A stretch of DNA of 63,926 bases, the filler included, from Stramenopiles sp. TOSAG23-3 (taxonomy: Eukaryota): NCBI GenBank assembly GCA_900128585.1. It is 13 parts of 13 records of this genome, joined end to end, with 100 filler letters (N's around TTAATTAATTAA, not from the genome) between each part and the next. Parts side by side here need not be neighbours in the genome. Positions count along the whole stretch, not along the records: positions 30,414 to 36,387 come from LT643407.1; positions 36,488 to 42,446 come from LT643408.1; positions 42,547 to 48,503 come from LT643409.1; 10 more parts are not named here. One strand, written 5' to 3'. Shown here piece after piece: positions 32,944 to 44,565 of this stretch (its first letter is position 1; every line of letters starts with the position of its first letter). The position numbers and the translations under genes were made by a program. Under the pieces are notes generated by a model that saw only the letters and a list, made by a program, of their open reading frames with translations, was not told where the DNA came from and did no database searches.

Positions 32944-34227
32944 ATGGACGGCGAAAAAATTGACGACAAAATCGCCAACATGAAGAACGATTTACCTCGG
33001 TACAACCCTCCTCAGAGACAAACACGTATTGAAGATATTCTTCAAGAGAATAGTGAGACGTACGAGGCAGAAAAAGATCTACTAAAGGAAATGCTCGGAG
33101 GTACGCCAGGTAGTAATGCTGCCCGACCGCAGAGAAAAATTCAAGTGTCTCTCCGCGACGCTCGTGACGGAAAGACAACAACTCTTCCCCAACAAATTAG
33201 GATCAGCGCCGGTGGTGGAAATAATTTGATGACGTCTATGGTATCAAGGCTTTCTGCTCTAGAAAAGTCGCACAAAAAAATGAGGCTAGAATTGGTAGCG
33301 AAGGACAAAGCGTTGTTAAAACTAAGACGAAAGTGTCAAATGCTGAAAGAAGAAAATACCAGGCTTAGTAAAAGTGCAGATGACAGTGATAACGGAACAT
33401 CTGAAAGTGAAGGCGGAAAGTGCCAGGACAAGAAACCGTCGAGCATGATGGCAATTGATAAAGTTCTTGAGCTGGAGTCCAAAAACCAACGCCTTCGGAA
33501 ACAGATTCATGAGATGGAGAGTTTTTTGAAAGACTATGGTCTTGTGTGGGTAGGCCGAGAAATGGCAGAGGATGTTGAGCCAGTTGTTCCCGAAGTTGAT
33601 TTCAGCTTATTTTTCTGCCGTTTGAAAGAATTGAATGGGTTGGCTGGAGACGGCAAGCCAAAAATTGTCGCAAGCGGGAAAATGGCGAAATTTGAACACC
33701 AAAAGGGAATCCCCATTAAAGTATACAAGGATGGTATATTTCTGTTTCGGGGGCCGTTCCGATCTTTTTCGAGTGGTAGTGGCAAAAAGTTTTTAATGGA
33801 CATCCTGGACGGTTACTTTCCGTCCGAATTCAAAGATGAATATCCAGACGGCGTTTTGTTTGAATACAAAGATTTTTCGGACACGTTGTATGGCTCAAAC
33901 GACGATGGTGCAGAATCTAGTTCTTTCTCTGCCTTTGGGGGTGTTGGAAAAAGTTTACAGAGCCCGAAAATGAATACGGAAGAATTTCTGAACAGGCTGC
34001 CTGAAAAAGTCATATGCGGCGGGGAAGTTATTGAGATTCGGAAAGGTATTGCTGACAAACTGGCTTCTAGCATGAAAAAATCAGGTTCCGATGGCACTGA
34101 TGGTAACCTTATGATACCAGATATGAAGAGCAATGAGATAGACTTTAAATTGAGAAATAACGAAGATCGCGTTGCTCGAGCAGCACGATTTGCTGCCGCA
34201 TTTGAAAAACGGACAGCGAAAAAGTAA
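32944..34227 (+). CDS. UBXN11-like p97/CDC48 cofactor (coiled coil, SEP domain, SHP box; no UBX domain)
   Basis: EMESFLKDYGLVWVG, DILDGYFPSEFKDEYPDGV, FLNRLPEKVICGGEVIEIR resemble UBXN11; SHP box FGGVGKSL. ATG at 32944 chosen; 32893 is possible. Confidence 0.82.
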   Translation: MDGEKIDDKIANMKNDLPRYNPPQRQTRIEDILQENSETYEAEKDLLKEMLGGTPGSNAARPQRKIQVSLRDARDGKTTTLPQQIRISAGGGNNLMTSMVSRLSALEKSHKKMRLELVAKDKALLKLRRKCQMLKEENTRLSKSADDSDNGTSESEGGKCQDKKPSSMMAIDKVLELESKNQRLRKQIHEMESFLKDYGLVWVGREMAEDVEPVVPEVDFSLFFCRLKELNGLAGDGKPKIVASGKMAKFEHQKGIPIKVYKDGIFLFRGPFRSFSSGSGKKFLMDILDGYFPSEFKDEYPDGVLFEYKDFSDTLYGSNDDGAESSSFSAFGGVGKSLQSPKMNTEEFLNRLPEKVICGGEVIEIRKGIADKLASSMKKSGSDGTDGNLMIPDMKSNEIDFKLRNNEDRVARAARFAAAFEKRTAKK

Positions 34228-34807
34228 TATGTTACAGGTGCTCGTTTTCTGCTGTTAAATACAAAAACAAATTATATAGTAAAATGCTATGATATTAAAT
34301 ACATTAAATAACCGCCAGTATTTTGTTTTTAAAAAAGTTTTATAATGTGTCAAGACTAAAGTGACAAGGGTAATATTGATTACTAAAAATCACAACAGTA
34401 GAGATCAGTTTCGCAGTGTACATTTTAATTTTAATTAGTTTTAAATAAAAATTAAACAAGAAAATTGGCTGTTATTTAAGTAATTTTAAGACCAATCAAT
34501 TGGAATCTCGACCAGAACTTGGGGAGGATCCGTAATAGGAGGAGACATTGTTCTTGAACTGACACCTTCTTTTTTTCTTTAATTTTAATTACTGTAAAAA
34601 ATAACAGCCAAATTTTTCTTGTAGTAATTAAATTTAGCTTCCTCATACCCTTATAAATAACAGACAATTTTTTGTTTTTGAATTTATAGTTGAAAAAAAC
34701 AATTTTATATTGTGTTGAATACTTTCCATACGAGGCGATGCGTTACTTTTTACGAATTTCTTACTTGATTTATCTTAAACTTTTAGATTTTTGTGCTTCG
34801 GCCCGCC

Positions 34808-36385
34808 TTACAGTTCTTCGCGTTCTCTATGTAACGGAAGCATAGGCATGGGGCGAGAGGCCTCGACTAGAGTCGGGTCCCTGTAATCATGAACCCTTCT
34901 GGCGTAATCTACAAGTAAATTATCAAAATCATGTTTGGCTTGAATTGCCCTCTCAGCTTCCCTTCTTTGTTCTTCTAATATCCTTTGCTCCTCTAATTCG
35001 TTATGTGCCATAATTCTTTGGAGTTCCAGAGGAGAATGACGCGGTTTTGTTTCCTCCTCATCTGAAAACTGTGCCTTTTCAGGATCTTCGTAGTCCTGTA
35101 GAAGATCAATTAGATGCACGATGGCGCCTTCTAACGGGCTGCCCGGAGCTTCTGCGGCATCGTTCTTGGATTGGTAAACTTCACCTTTCTTTCTGTCAGA
35201 ATGTGTCTGTGGAATTTCTACTATGACTTTGGGCGAGATTGATTTGTGTTTATATTTTACCCGACTTCTACTGGGCGGTGTATTCAACGAATGAATAGTA
35301 TTTGACACCGTGTGAGAGGGAGAATGCGCAGATTCAGCAGCCAGTCTCAAGTCTTGTAATTTTGTTATCAAGTGCCGTTTTCGATCAAATGTATCGCTGA
35401 AATTAAACATTGCAGTATTCTGTTTGCTCGATTGTTCAGCAGTTAAGGTAACTCGTTTTGTACTGGCAGCGATTTTCTTTCTTTTCTTTTTACGCAATAC
35501 ATTTGCGATAGGGGCGCGGTTTACCTTTGCTGGTTTCTTTGACGTTCTTGAATGTTTCTTCATGATCGTCTCGCGTTGCAAGTCTTTGCGGGGGGTAGCT
35601 ACGATACTATTTTGGGGTTTTACATGTTTGCTCTTCATTCCTCTTATTGACTTTGCGGTTTTCTTCTTTGTCTTTAACTGCTTGACAGAAAACACTGGGG
35701 GCTTCGTTTTCTTCTTATCGATTGATTGGCCTCTTTTTGCCTCACTTTCCATAGCATGTCTATTACTATTGAAAGATTTAGCAAGCTGGCTTTGTATACG
35801 GCCAATGTTGTTTGAAGTTTTCTGAGCAGACGTCCCATTTAAGAACGGTACTGGGCGCCCCTTGTTTGCATCCACAAGCTGCATGTGTATGCTTCCTTTT
35901 CCTGTGGGAGACGGGGTTGTCATAACGGCGCGCTCTGGTGTTTTCCGTGACATATTGACTTTATGGGTGTGAAGGACACTCTCGGCATTTTTGTATTCAA
36001 GACTCTTTCCTTTCTCGCCTTCCTCGGACCCTTTCATGTATCGAAGAAGTCCTTCCACTTCAAATTGGAGATGTTTGTGATAGTTGTCTTTCATAATCCT
36101 CAATTCAGTGTGGCAATTTTGTAACGCATTCCGCAAAACGTTGGTACTCTGTATGACTCGATATGAATTTTCTTTCGAAGCAAAAGCTCGCCATCCGGCA
36201 AAAATTTTTGACTTTGTCAGCCGGCGTCGAAAAAATGTCATGCGCTCTCCAGATTTCCTAATTCTTCGGTTCGAATTTTTTTCCAACTTTTTATGTTGCA
36301 CAACTTTCTCACGCTTATACTTTTGATTATTTGAAAAATATTGCCATTGGTTGAAAGTGCGAGACATTCCTTGATTTCTAAACCT
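34808..36385 (-). CDS. Hypothetical basic/coiled-coil protein, 5' partial (Sfi1-like F..W repeats at the start)
   Basis: >519-codon frame open to the contig end; TFNQW and KIFAGWR motifs. Confidence 0.62.
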   Translation of the reverse strand, partial: RFRNQGMSRTFNQWQYFSNNQKYKREKVVQHKKLEKNSNRRIRKSGERMTFFRRRLTKSKIFAGWRAFASKENSYRVIQSTNVLRNALQNCHTELRIMKDNYHKHLQFEVEGLLRYMKGSEEGEKGKSLEYKNAESVLHTHKVNMSRKTPERAVMTTPSPTGKGSIHMQLVDANKGRPVPFLNGTSAQKTSNNIGRIQSQLAKSFNSNRHAMESEAKRGQSIDKKKTKPPVFSVKQLKTKKKTAKSIRGMKSKHVKPQNSIVATPRKDLQRETIMKKHSRTSKKPAKVNRAPIANVLRKKKRKKIAASTKRVTLTAEQSSKQNTAMFNFSDTFDRKRHLITKLQDLRLAAESAHSPSHTVSNTIHSLNTPPSRSRVKYKHKSISPKVIVEIPQTHSDRKKGEVYQSKNDAAEAPGSPLEGAIVHLIDLLQDYEDPEKAQFSDEEETKPRHSPLELQRIMAHNELEEQRILEEQRREAERAIQAKHDFDNLLVDYARRVHDYRDPTLVEASRPMPMLPLHREREEL

Positions 36386-37103
36386 TGNNNNNNNNNNNNN
36401 NNNNNNNNNNNNNNNNNNNNNNNNNNNNNNNTTAATTAATTAANNNNNNNNNNNNNNNNNNNNNNNNNNNNNNNNNNNNNNNNNNNNAGTCCTACATTCT
36501 TTTCTTTCCCTGCTTCTTCTTCTTCTTCTTTTTGTTGTTGTTGTTTTGTTGGTCTCCTCCTCGCTCCTCGCTCAGCGAGAAGCTGTCGTCGGTGGTGGGT
36601 GGATGTGATGAAATAATGATGAATGGACTCCTTCTTCCTTCTGTTCCTTCCTTCCTTCCTTCCTTCCTTCCTTCCTTCCTTTCTCCTCTGATGCTATTAT
36701 TATTTTCTTGTTCTTCTTTTTATTATGGTTGTAAAGATACTTTCCTACTATCTCCCTATTACCAATGCTGTGGTAATATTATTCGTTAGGCATTGGGGCT
36801 AAAATTTAAAACGGAGATAGCGTAAAACGGAGGTTGCACAATCAAGCAGTCGTCATCACTGTCTGCTGATATAAATATTAATAGATGATGAAGAATAATA
36901 GAGCAAGCAAGCGAGCAACAACAAACAAAAAACGATAGGTGGTTTTCAAGCTCAGAAAGCGCAGAAAGCTTGTACTACCACGGTACTAATACAAATTGGT
37001 GAAGAAATCTTGATGCTTTAAAGAAGTCTTCACAGCAGTTTAAACTCAAAAGTTACTGATAAGGTTTGGCCATTATTGTTTAGTACCCATTCCTTCTCTC
37101 GAG

Positions 37104-40100
37104 ATGGAGAGGACGAAAATCAGTCCAATGCAGCGCAGGAACAGTGTTTATAACCCTAACACTTCTGACAAAAAAGGAGTGAACAGGGGTTGCTGCAGAA
37201 TTGGGGTTGCATTACAAGCTAAAGAAATAAGATCAAAACTGCTGCAGACTTTGACCCGGTACGCTCGCTTGATCTTGCTTACCGCTATTACTTCTGGGTT
37301 CATTGCAATTGCTATTTCACTGTCGCAAAATTATTGTGGTGTGACGGAAGGCCAAATAAAAATTGACCCACAAAGACTCTTAAACTTAACCTTGGCAGGT
37401 TGCAAATTGACTGTCCGGGCTACAACGTCCAAGGAGTGGCATTACAGTATTCAGACGTACAAACCGAAATCGTTTCCGCCCATAATAACAAACAGTAAAA
37501 TTGACGCTTTCTCGTTTGGGGACCAGTATTTTTGCCGCTGCAAAGTATTTTTGGACATCCCTTTGTTTTCTGGTGTTGCACCGAGTTTGACTATCGAGAC
37601 GAAAAAAAAAGGTTCGACGACAAATGAAATATATATTATGGGAACGAAAGCAACAAGTCAAAACGGCCTGGTATTCCGTGAAATTGATTTTACTGGTCCC
37701 CAAGGTGTAGTCTACATGGAAAATGTCTTCGTTCAAGACCGTTTAAACTTGAAATTTACGGAGGGTGCCATTACTACTATTGGCGTTCGCATTCCCAGTG
37801 AAGATGGCCTGTCAACCAACAAGAATTACATTGGTATCGATGATGGAGACGTTTTTCTAGATGCTGCAAATAGCGGTTTAAGTGTGACATATACCACACC
37901 AGCAGCAGGAACGTGTTTTCATGCATCAAAAATTGCTCAGCGTGCATTGAACAATGGCAATATCACCGAGACCGGCAATATCGTTGAAACGTTGCTGTGC
38001 TCTGACCATAATTGCAGTGAGGCCGCGCAAAGGGGAAATGGAAGTGTTACAGTCGATGTCAAAAGGGGTGCGTTTTATGCCATTCTTAAAGGCTCCCGCA
38101 TTTCTATGTCAACGAATAACAACCTGTCGACGTCTTTTAATTCTGTTTCTACGATAAATGATACGTGGCTAAGCCCAGACGACGAGTGGGCCGTCGCAAC
38201 GTTGAGTCAATTTCGATCTTCTTCACCAAATACTGATATTTATGCCTTGGTTAATTTAGAAAGAAGCATTGGATCACCACCTCACATGGTTTTTACAAGT
38301 AATCAAATTTATCTACAGATTGCACCGTGGGTCCTTTCTTCCCTTTCTTTCAGTTTAGTTAAACCGCAACTTTACAACATTCAGATTCGAAATATACCCC
38401 GATGTAGTATATTTTATGGGGGCGATACTACGTATGTGTCCAAGAGAGCGAAATCAGTTCGCCACCTTGGTCAAATTTCTCGGTATGTAGACAAATTGCT
38501 AAAAGAAGAGCCTACAGATGCTGTAGGTGGACGCCTCGTGAGAAAAGTCGACAAATTTTATTTTCAATTCTTAAAAGAGTTTCTGGGGCGAAAGATTTGG
38601 TTCAATGATGACATTGACATTGTTACTACGACGTACAGTATGGGCAATGATAGAATATATCGCGAACTTGTTGTTCACAACTTCGGAAATATTAAACTGC
38701 TAGTGGCAGTTAGCATATCACTTGTTCTCGCTTTAATGTTTGGCATTGGATTGGTTCTTCTTATGATAAAATTCGTGAGCAATACTATCCAAGGCCATTT
38801 TAACGAATACGATAGGTGGGGTAGCTACATGAAGCTTAGAGATACTTTCAACAAACCAGAATATGGCGAACTTGCTTTTAAAGAAAAAGAAAAGAAAAGA
38901 ATTGAAGAGCAAGCGGGGAGCGCGAAGGCGAAAAAACCTCCAAGAAGAATGTTTTTGTTCACACTGCCCGAGATTTTTCTCAGTACATTGCGAGAATCAA
39001 CGATGGACAGCTTAAAAGCGTTTCTTGAGTCAATCACGGTTCCGATACAAACTGTCAAGCAGAATAAGACGGAGAAAGTCGAAATGAGTCTGGTTTTGCC
39101 ACAATATGAAATGTTTTGCTTCAAAAATCGATATATACCAAAAGATATTCTGCAAGAGCGGGCATTATGCAAAAAGAAAGGTCTCTCTATAAAAATTGAA
39201 CATGATGGGTCGACTGACTGTTTCTGTGGAATTCGACTTGCAAACAATTTTGAAAAAGCGCAACGATCCTCTTACAAACTCATGCCAAACGAAGATTCCT
39301 TGACATACTTTGTACGGAAAGAGTGTGTGGTAACCCCCTTCAAGGATTCCATCAGCTCGCGTCAGTTTAATCGAACATATTTGAAATTTTGTCTGAAACA
39401 TAGTGGTGCGCCAGTTCCGGTTACAAAACGAGCCATGGAAAAGCTGGGAGTTAAGTTTAAACGGTTACACATTACTTATTTGGAATGCCACCCCTTCCGT
39501 GAAAACGGCACGATACATAAAATTGATTTTAGTTTACACCGAGAGCATTGGAAAGAAAAGAACAAAAAAAGCGTTTCGGTAGCGATGAACATCTTTTCCG
39601 TTATGATAAATTTTGCATTTGCGTGCTGTGTACCGATGCCTATTGTAGGCATCTGTTTTTTGTCAGAATTGGCTGTGGATAGTATATCCCCATTGGATCA
39701 TGAAAGGCGCCTATCTACAGTAAGTGTAAATGCATTTGTGTCTACTTTTCACAACATGCAGTGGGCTACATTTACCTTACTCTTGTTGTCTTTTGGCATC
39801 ACCATGTTGGCAATGATTGAACTTGTTTGTCACTATGCTACTAACAACGGAACGTTGGAGGAACAAAGTGAAAAGAAAATGGGCACACTTCGATCGCTCT
39901 TGCACACCTCAATAAGCATTTTGTTCGTGGTATACTTCACCTTTATCTTTAGTTACATCGGATTGGCATTAATTTGGTTGATATTTAGCGCAGTTCTGAA
40001 CCCGGATGTGTTTTTGCCTTACGCTGTAGGTGCAGCGACAATAATTACGTACGTGTATAGAAAAGGCGCAGTCTATTATTCTCTATATAGAAACGCGTTT

Positions 40101-42446
40101 AACATTATTCGAGCTCTTTTGGGATTGAAAATTGAACAGCGCTTCCAGCAGATTGCTGTGAAGTTCCAAAAATTGCCTTCGATCAAGTCACTATCTGTCA
40201 ACGAAGATTTGTCTAGGGTTGTTGCTGTCGTGGAAACTGATACTCAGTTGTCAGATACCTTGAAGCGCATAGGCATCCAAGCAGAACAAATCATTCAATT
40301 AGCACAGCTTTGCGACGATGTCCTTCTATCCACTGCTGAAAGGCTCGGTATGGATTGCGAGGTTTTAAAGCTTGTTGTAGCCTCATCGCGCCCCAATACA
40401 GACATTGTCCTGCTCTTGCAAGACTTGTGCAAAAACAGCCCTGGTATATCGATGGATTCAAATACCGCTGCTATTTTATACAAATTATCTAAAATAAACA
40501 CAGAGGAAAGTTTGCACCTTGCCATTAAACAAGCGGTCATACACTATGGTACAGTCAATAAAAATGAAAAGGTGAAGCCTCATTTAATTGATGCAATTGT
40601 CGCAATGACGCGCGGTTCTGTTTCTAGACTGGTGGATGTTATCACAATGCAGCCAGAACTGAGTAAACAATTTGAGAAAGCGCAGTACTTCTTTGAACTT
40701 GTTAGAACGCGAGACGTATCAATAATGGAATTTGAATTTGCCAAAGACCTAGAACGTATCGGTGTTAAATTATGTGAACTGGACGAAGTCCTTATGAAAG
40801 CATTGTCCGCCGTCTCAATGCATACGATCCCCCCCGTAAATGCGGGTGAGCATGACGCAAAACAAGAACCGATTAAGCACTTGGCAGAAATATTGAATGT
40901 TAAATCGTTTCTAATCCGTCTAGTAGTTGCGGTCGCAACTCGTGAAGGAAATGCCATTCGGGTTCAAGGGCCTGGTACTGATGTTTTTGAGAAGTTTATA
41001 GAAGCAAAGTACTCCCCACTGACTTTGCCAAATGTTGATATCAAATCTATTCAAAATAAATTGAGAATATTGTCTGCTTGTGCGTGGGGAACGTCCGTGT
41101 CAATTGAACAGCTCGCCAGTACGTTTGCCATTGACCACAGGAAAAGTGTAGCAATGGCACATTTGATGTCACACGAGTGCGGAGAAGGAAACTTTCGACT
41201 AGGGCTACCGGTGGAAAAAAAAATGATGCATCTTTCTCCTATCGCAGAAAAACTCAACCTGGAGCACACGGAATCTTTAATTGGAATTTTTAAAATTCTC
41301 TGTGGTCCCTGTGCAACGATACAGAAACAAGAAAAACCAAATAAATCAAAACGAAACTGTAAAAAGCATACCATAGAGATAGAACACCCGTACATAAGGT
41401 GTTTTGTCCAGGAAATAGCCCAAAAGTTAAATTTGAAAGATAAAAGTGAGAATATCATTTATAATTTTTTCGCGGTGCAAGTTAGCAAGGACGAGAAAAG
41501 GGTTGAAAATTATGCGAGAGCATTACAAGGGTTAACTGAGAACTACAAGGAGGCTGCTGAAAACCAAGACGATCGGGCTGATGATCAAGTTAGCATATCT
41601 ATATTACAAGGAGAAGCTGCGACAGAGGTTGATAACTCTCGGAAAGCGTCTGAACGTCAATTTAAACAACGAGCTGCGTCGACTATGAAACTACAAAGAG
41701 ATGATCCGTCCTCGCTCATGAAAATTATATTGAAACATGCGACAGATGCAAAAATGCACAGAGAGGCCCAACGAGGTTTTACTGCAACGTGCCGCTTAAT
41801 TTACGCCATTTATGACTTAGAGAAAAACACTACTATTTCAAAAGCCTTGGAAACTCGAGAAATGCGCAACTTGATAGACGATGTTAGCAGCGTATTAGAA
41901 ATTGATGAAGATGTTTTTAAATGCTTCATGGGGATTGCGCTGAGCAACACGATTATAATGAAGAATAGAGATGAAGAAAATCAATTTGTATTTAATGAGA
42001 CTAAACAAATAAAACTGAACTACGTCTTGAAATTGCTGGGCGAGAAGTTGGAAGACGATTTTCACATAGCATGCCATACGTACATGCAAGGCGAAGAGCA
42101 CGCCCGCCGCATGGTGGAAGAAGTCGAAAAAATACCATCAAGAAGTCCTAAAACAATGGTCCCTAAATTCGTTTTAGAATTTCTAATTTATCACACAAAA
42201 GCGTCTACGGTAGAACAAGAGCGCAGAAAGTTGCTAGAGAATGTAATAGAATATAAACAGTATCAGGATACCGTTTCGGATAGCGATAACAAAAGCAACG
42301 ATCCAGTGAAAGACTTGTGCAAGGGGCTTATGAACATTGAATACACAGATAATGACTTTATACGAGATTTTGAGAAAGCATGGACCGTCCCCAAGCAGGA
42401 CCATCCCCCCAGGCATCTCTCCATGGCATTGGATTTGTTTGGTAAC
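37104..42446 (+). CDS. Large multi-pass membrane protein, 3' partial
   Basis: About 1780 codons open to the contig end: N-terminal TM, beta-rich glycosylated ectodomain, TM, cytosolic segment, about 4 TMs, long helical C-terminus. Confidence 0.85.
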
Positions 42447-42671
42447 NNNNNNNNNNNNNNNNNNNNNNNNNNNNNNNNNNNNNNNNNNNNTTAATTAATT
42501 AANNNNNNNNNNNNNNNNNNNNNNNNNNNNNNNNNNNNNNNNNNNNAAAAAAAAGCCCCCCCCCCCCCCCCCCCCCCACGCAATCCCCGGTCAGTGTTTT
42601 CGTTAAAGAACGACCACAGTGCTTTTTAATGACGCCAAACCTAAGTTCAAACAAGGTTAAAACAGGAAGCC

Positions 42672-43379
42672 ATGAATAGACGTTCACAACAATCATATTC
42701 CGAAGGCGTTCGTGAAGCTGCAGTCACCTTGAAGGATGTAAAGACCGCAGATTGGAAGGCTCGGGTAAAAGCTATACACTGGCTGGGAGAAATAGTTAAG
42801 GCGGAGGGGGGCAGGCAGGCAGTTCTAGCCAAGCTCCGAAAAATTGCAAAACCGTTGAACGCGCAGATAAGAGACTTGCGAAGTGTTATCGTGCGAGAAG
42901 TGTGCGATCTGGTAAGCACTCTTGCGGAAACTCTGCGGGACGACTTTGCTAGTATCGCCCCTTCCCTCACGTCCACGTTGTTGAAAGTTACGGGCGGCGG
43001 AAATAAAGTCATAGCCCAGAAATGCGCCAAATGCATGCTCTCCGTCGTTCAATTCACTCAATCTCCCCGTACCATAAAGGTTTTGCTCAAGTTTGCAAAA
43101 TCGCGTTCTAAAGCTGTACGTTGCAACGCATTGTATTGTGTGTTGGCATTATTAGAGAATTGGGAACCACAAAAGTGGATAGAGTTGGGAGGAGGACTTA
43201 GACACTGTGTGAAGTTAGGGATAGAGGACACCGTGGGGGCGGAAGCGTTGAAAGCGTCGCTGGACAAACGGGCCTTGTCTAGATTGGAGCATGGAACTGT
43301 TATCGTCAAGCATGCATCTAGAAAGCGATTTATAGCACGACGGGGGCAGACACTCTTTCGACAGGCAACTGACGAATGA
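42672..43379 (+). CDS. CLASP N-terminal (TOG/HEAT) domain protein
   Basis: DWKARVKAI, QIRDLRSVIVREVC, NKVIAQ and SKAVR match CLASP TOG motifs; the C-terminus looks shortened. Confidence 0.78.
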   Translation: MNRRSQQSYSEGVREAAVTLKDVKTADWKARVKAIHWLGEIVKAEGGRQAVLAKLRKIAKPLNAQIRDLRSVIVREVCDLVSTLAETLRDDFASIAPSLTSTLLKVTGGGNKVIAQKCAKCMLSVVQFTQSPRTIKVLLKFAKSRSKAVRCNALYCVLALLENWEPQKWIELGGGLRHCVKLGIEDTVGAEALKASLDKRALSRLEHGTVIVKHASRKRFIARRGQTLFRQATDE

Positions 43380-43592
43380 AACCAATCTACGGTAGCCAGA
43401 GACACGCGAGTAAAGGTAACGACTTAACGTAAGAAATACGAAGTACAAAGTACTAAGCAAGAAAGAAATACCGTGTATGGTAAAATTCTTTCATTTGAAT
43501 GAAATATTCAAAAACAGAAATTATCACGGAATTTCATACTCGTGTTTATTTTATTTTCATATTATGTACACCACTCTCCAAAATATTCGTTC

Positions 43593-43886
43593 TCAACTTT
43601 TGTTTTGCATCTCTGCTTTCAACAATTCGTAAATAGCAAGTTTGGTTTGCTTCTCTAAAGGCTCCAGTTTATTTGAGAGCATTCTTTTTAACGTACCACG
43701 ATTCCTCTTCTTACCAACGTTTTGATCGAACCCACGCTTTATCACATTACCTCCCTGTGGTTTGTTAAAATAGTTTCCGATAGTCTCACGTTTGCCAAAG
43801 AATTTCGTGTCAAACGGCGAGTAGTTTCTAAAAACGATGCGTCGTGCCCCATCCTTTCCCTCCAAAGTCAACTTTTCAGGTGTCAT
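43593..43886 (-). CDS. Cwc18/CCDC12-like splicing factor
   Basis: IVFRNYSPFD and LKRMLSNKLEPLEKQTKLAIYELL resemble the cwf18 family motifs (FRNY.P; LKRD...KL..L...T..AI.EL). Confidence 0.7.
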   Translation of the reverse strand: MTPEKLTLEGKDGARRIVFRNYSPFDTKFFGKRETIGNYFNKPQGGNVIKRGFDQNVGKKRNRGTLKRMLSNKLEPLEKQTKLAIYELLKAEMQNKS

Positions 43887-44326
43887 TTTAAATCTTGCGA
43901 TGCTGTTAAATCTAACAATATCACGCAAGTAACGCTTCTGTTCTCGTAACTGGTTGTTGGTTTATCGTTTTTATTTTCATCTTTGACAGTTAAATCTGTC
44001 AACTCATGTTTTCACATTTACAAAAATGAAACAAATAGTTTATTCGTCGGTCGCAAAGGTATTGGTTTATTTGATTGATTGTTGGTTGATGGATGTTAGC
44101 ACACACACTGATGATGATATATACCTGTACGCTCTGATGATGATAGAATACCAGTAAAAGGCTCACAGAGGAAGGAGGAGGAGAGCAGGAAGAGATTGGT
44201 ATATTGGTATGTTGTGTGATGTTTGTTTGTGCTTTAACAGCTAATAGTGGGGAATCAGTGACTCCGTCCATCCATCCATCTATCATCTATCATGATTCTT
44301 GACCGTACCGACGGGTTTATTCCAGT

Positions 44327-44474
44327 NNNNNNNNNNNNNNNNNNNNNNNNNNNNNNNNNNNNNNNNNNNNNNNNNNNNNNNNNNNNNNNNNNNNNNNNNN
44401 NNNNNNNNNNNNNNNNNNNNNNNNNNNNNNNNNNNNNNNNNNNNNNNNNNNNNNNNNNNNNNNNNNNNNNNNNA
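44327..44474. other. Internal scaffold gap (N run with no stop linker)
   Basis: 148 N with no TTAATTAATTAA core. Confidence 0.95.
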
Positions 44475-44565
44475 AAGATAGAGAAGGAAGTGTTTAAGTA
44501 GAGTTTTTTGTAATCATATAGAGAGAATAGAACAGAGCACTCGAGCCGTCCCGACCACGAGCACT

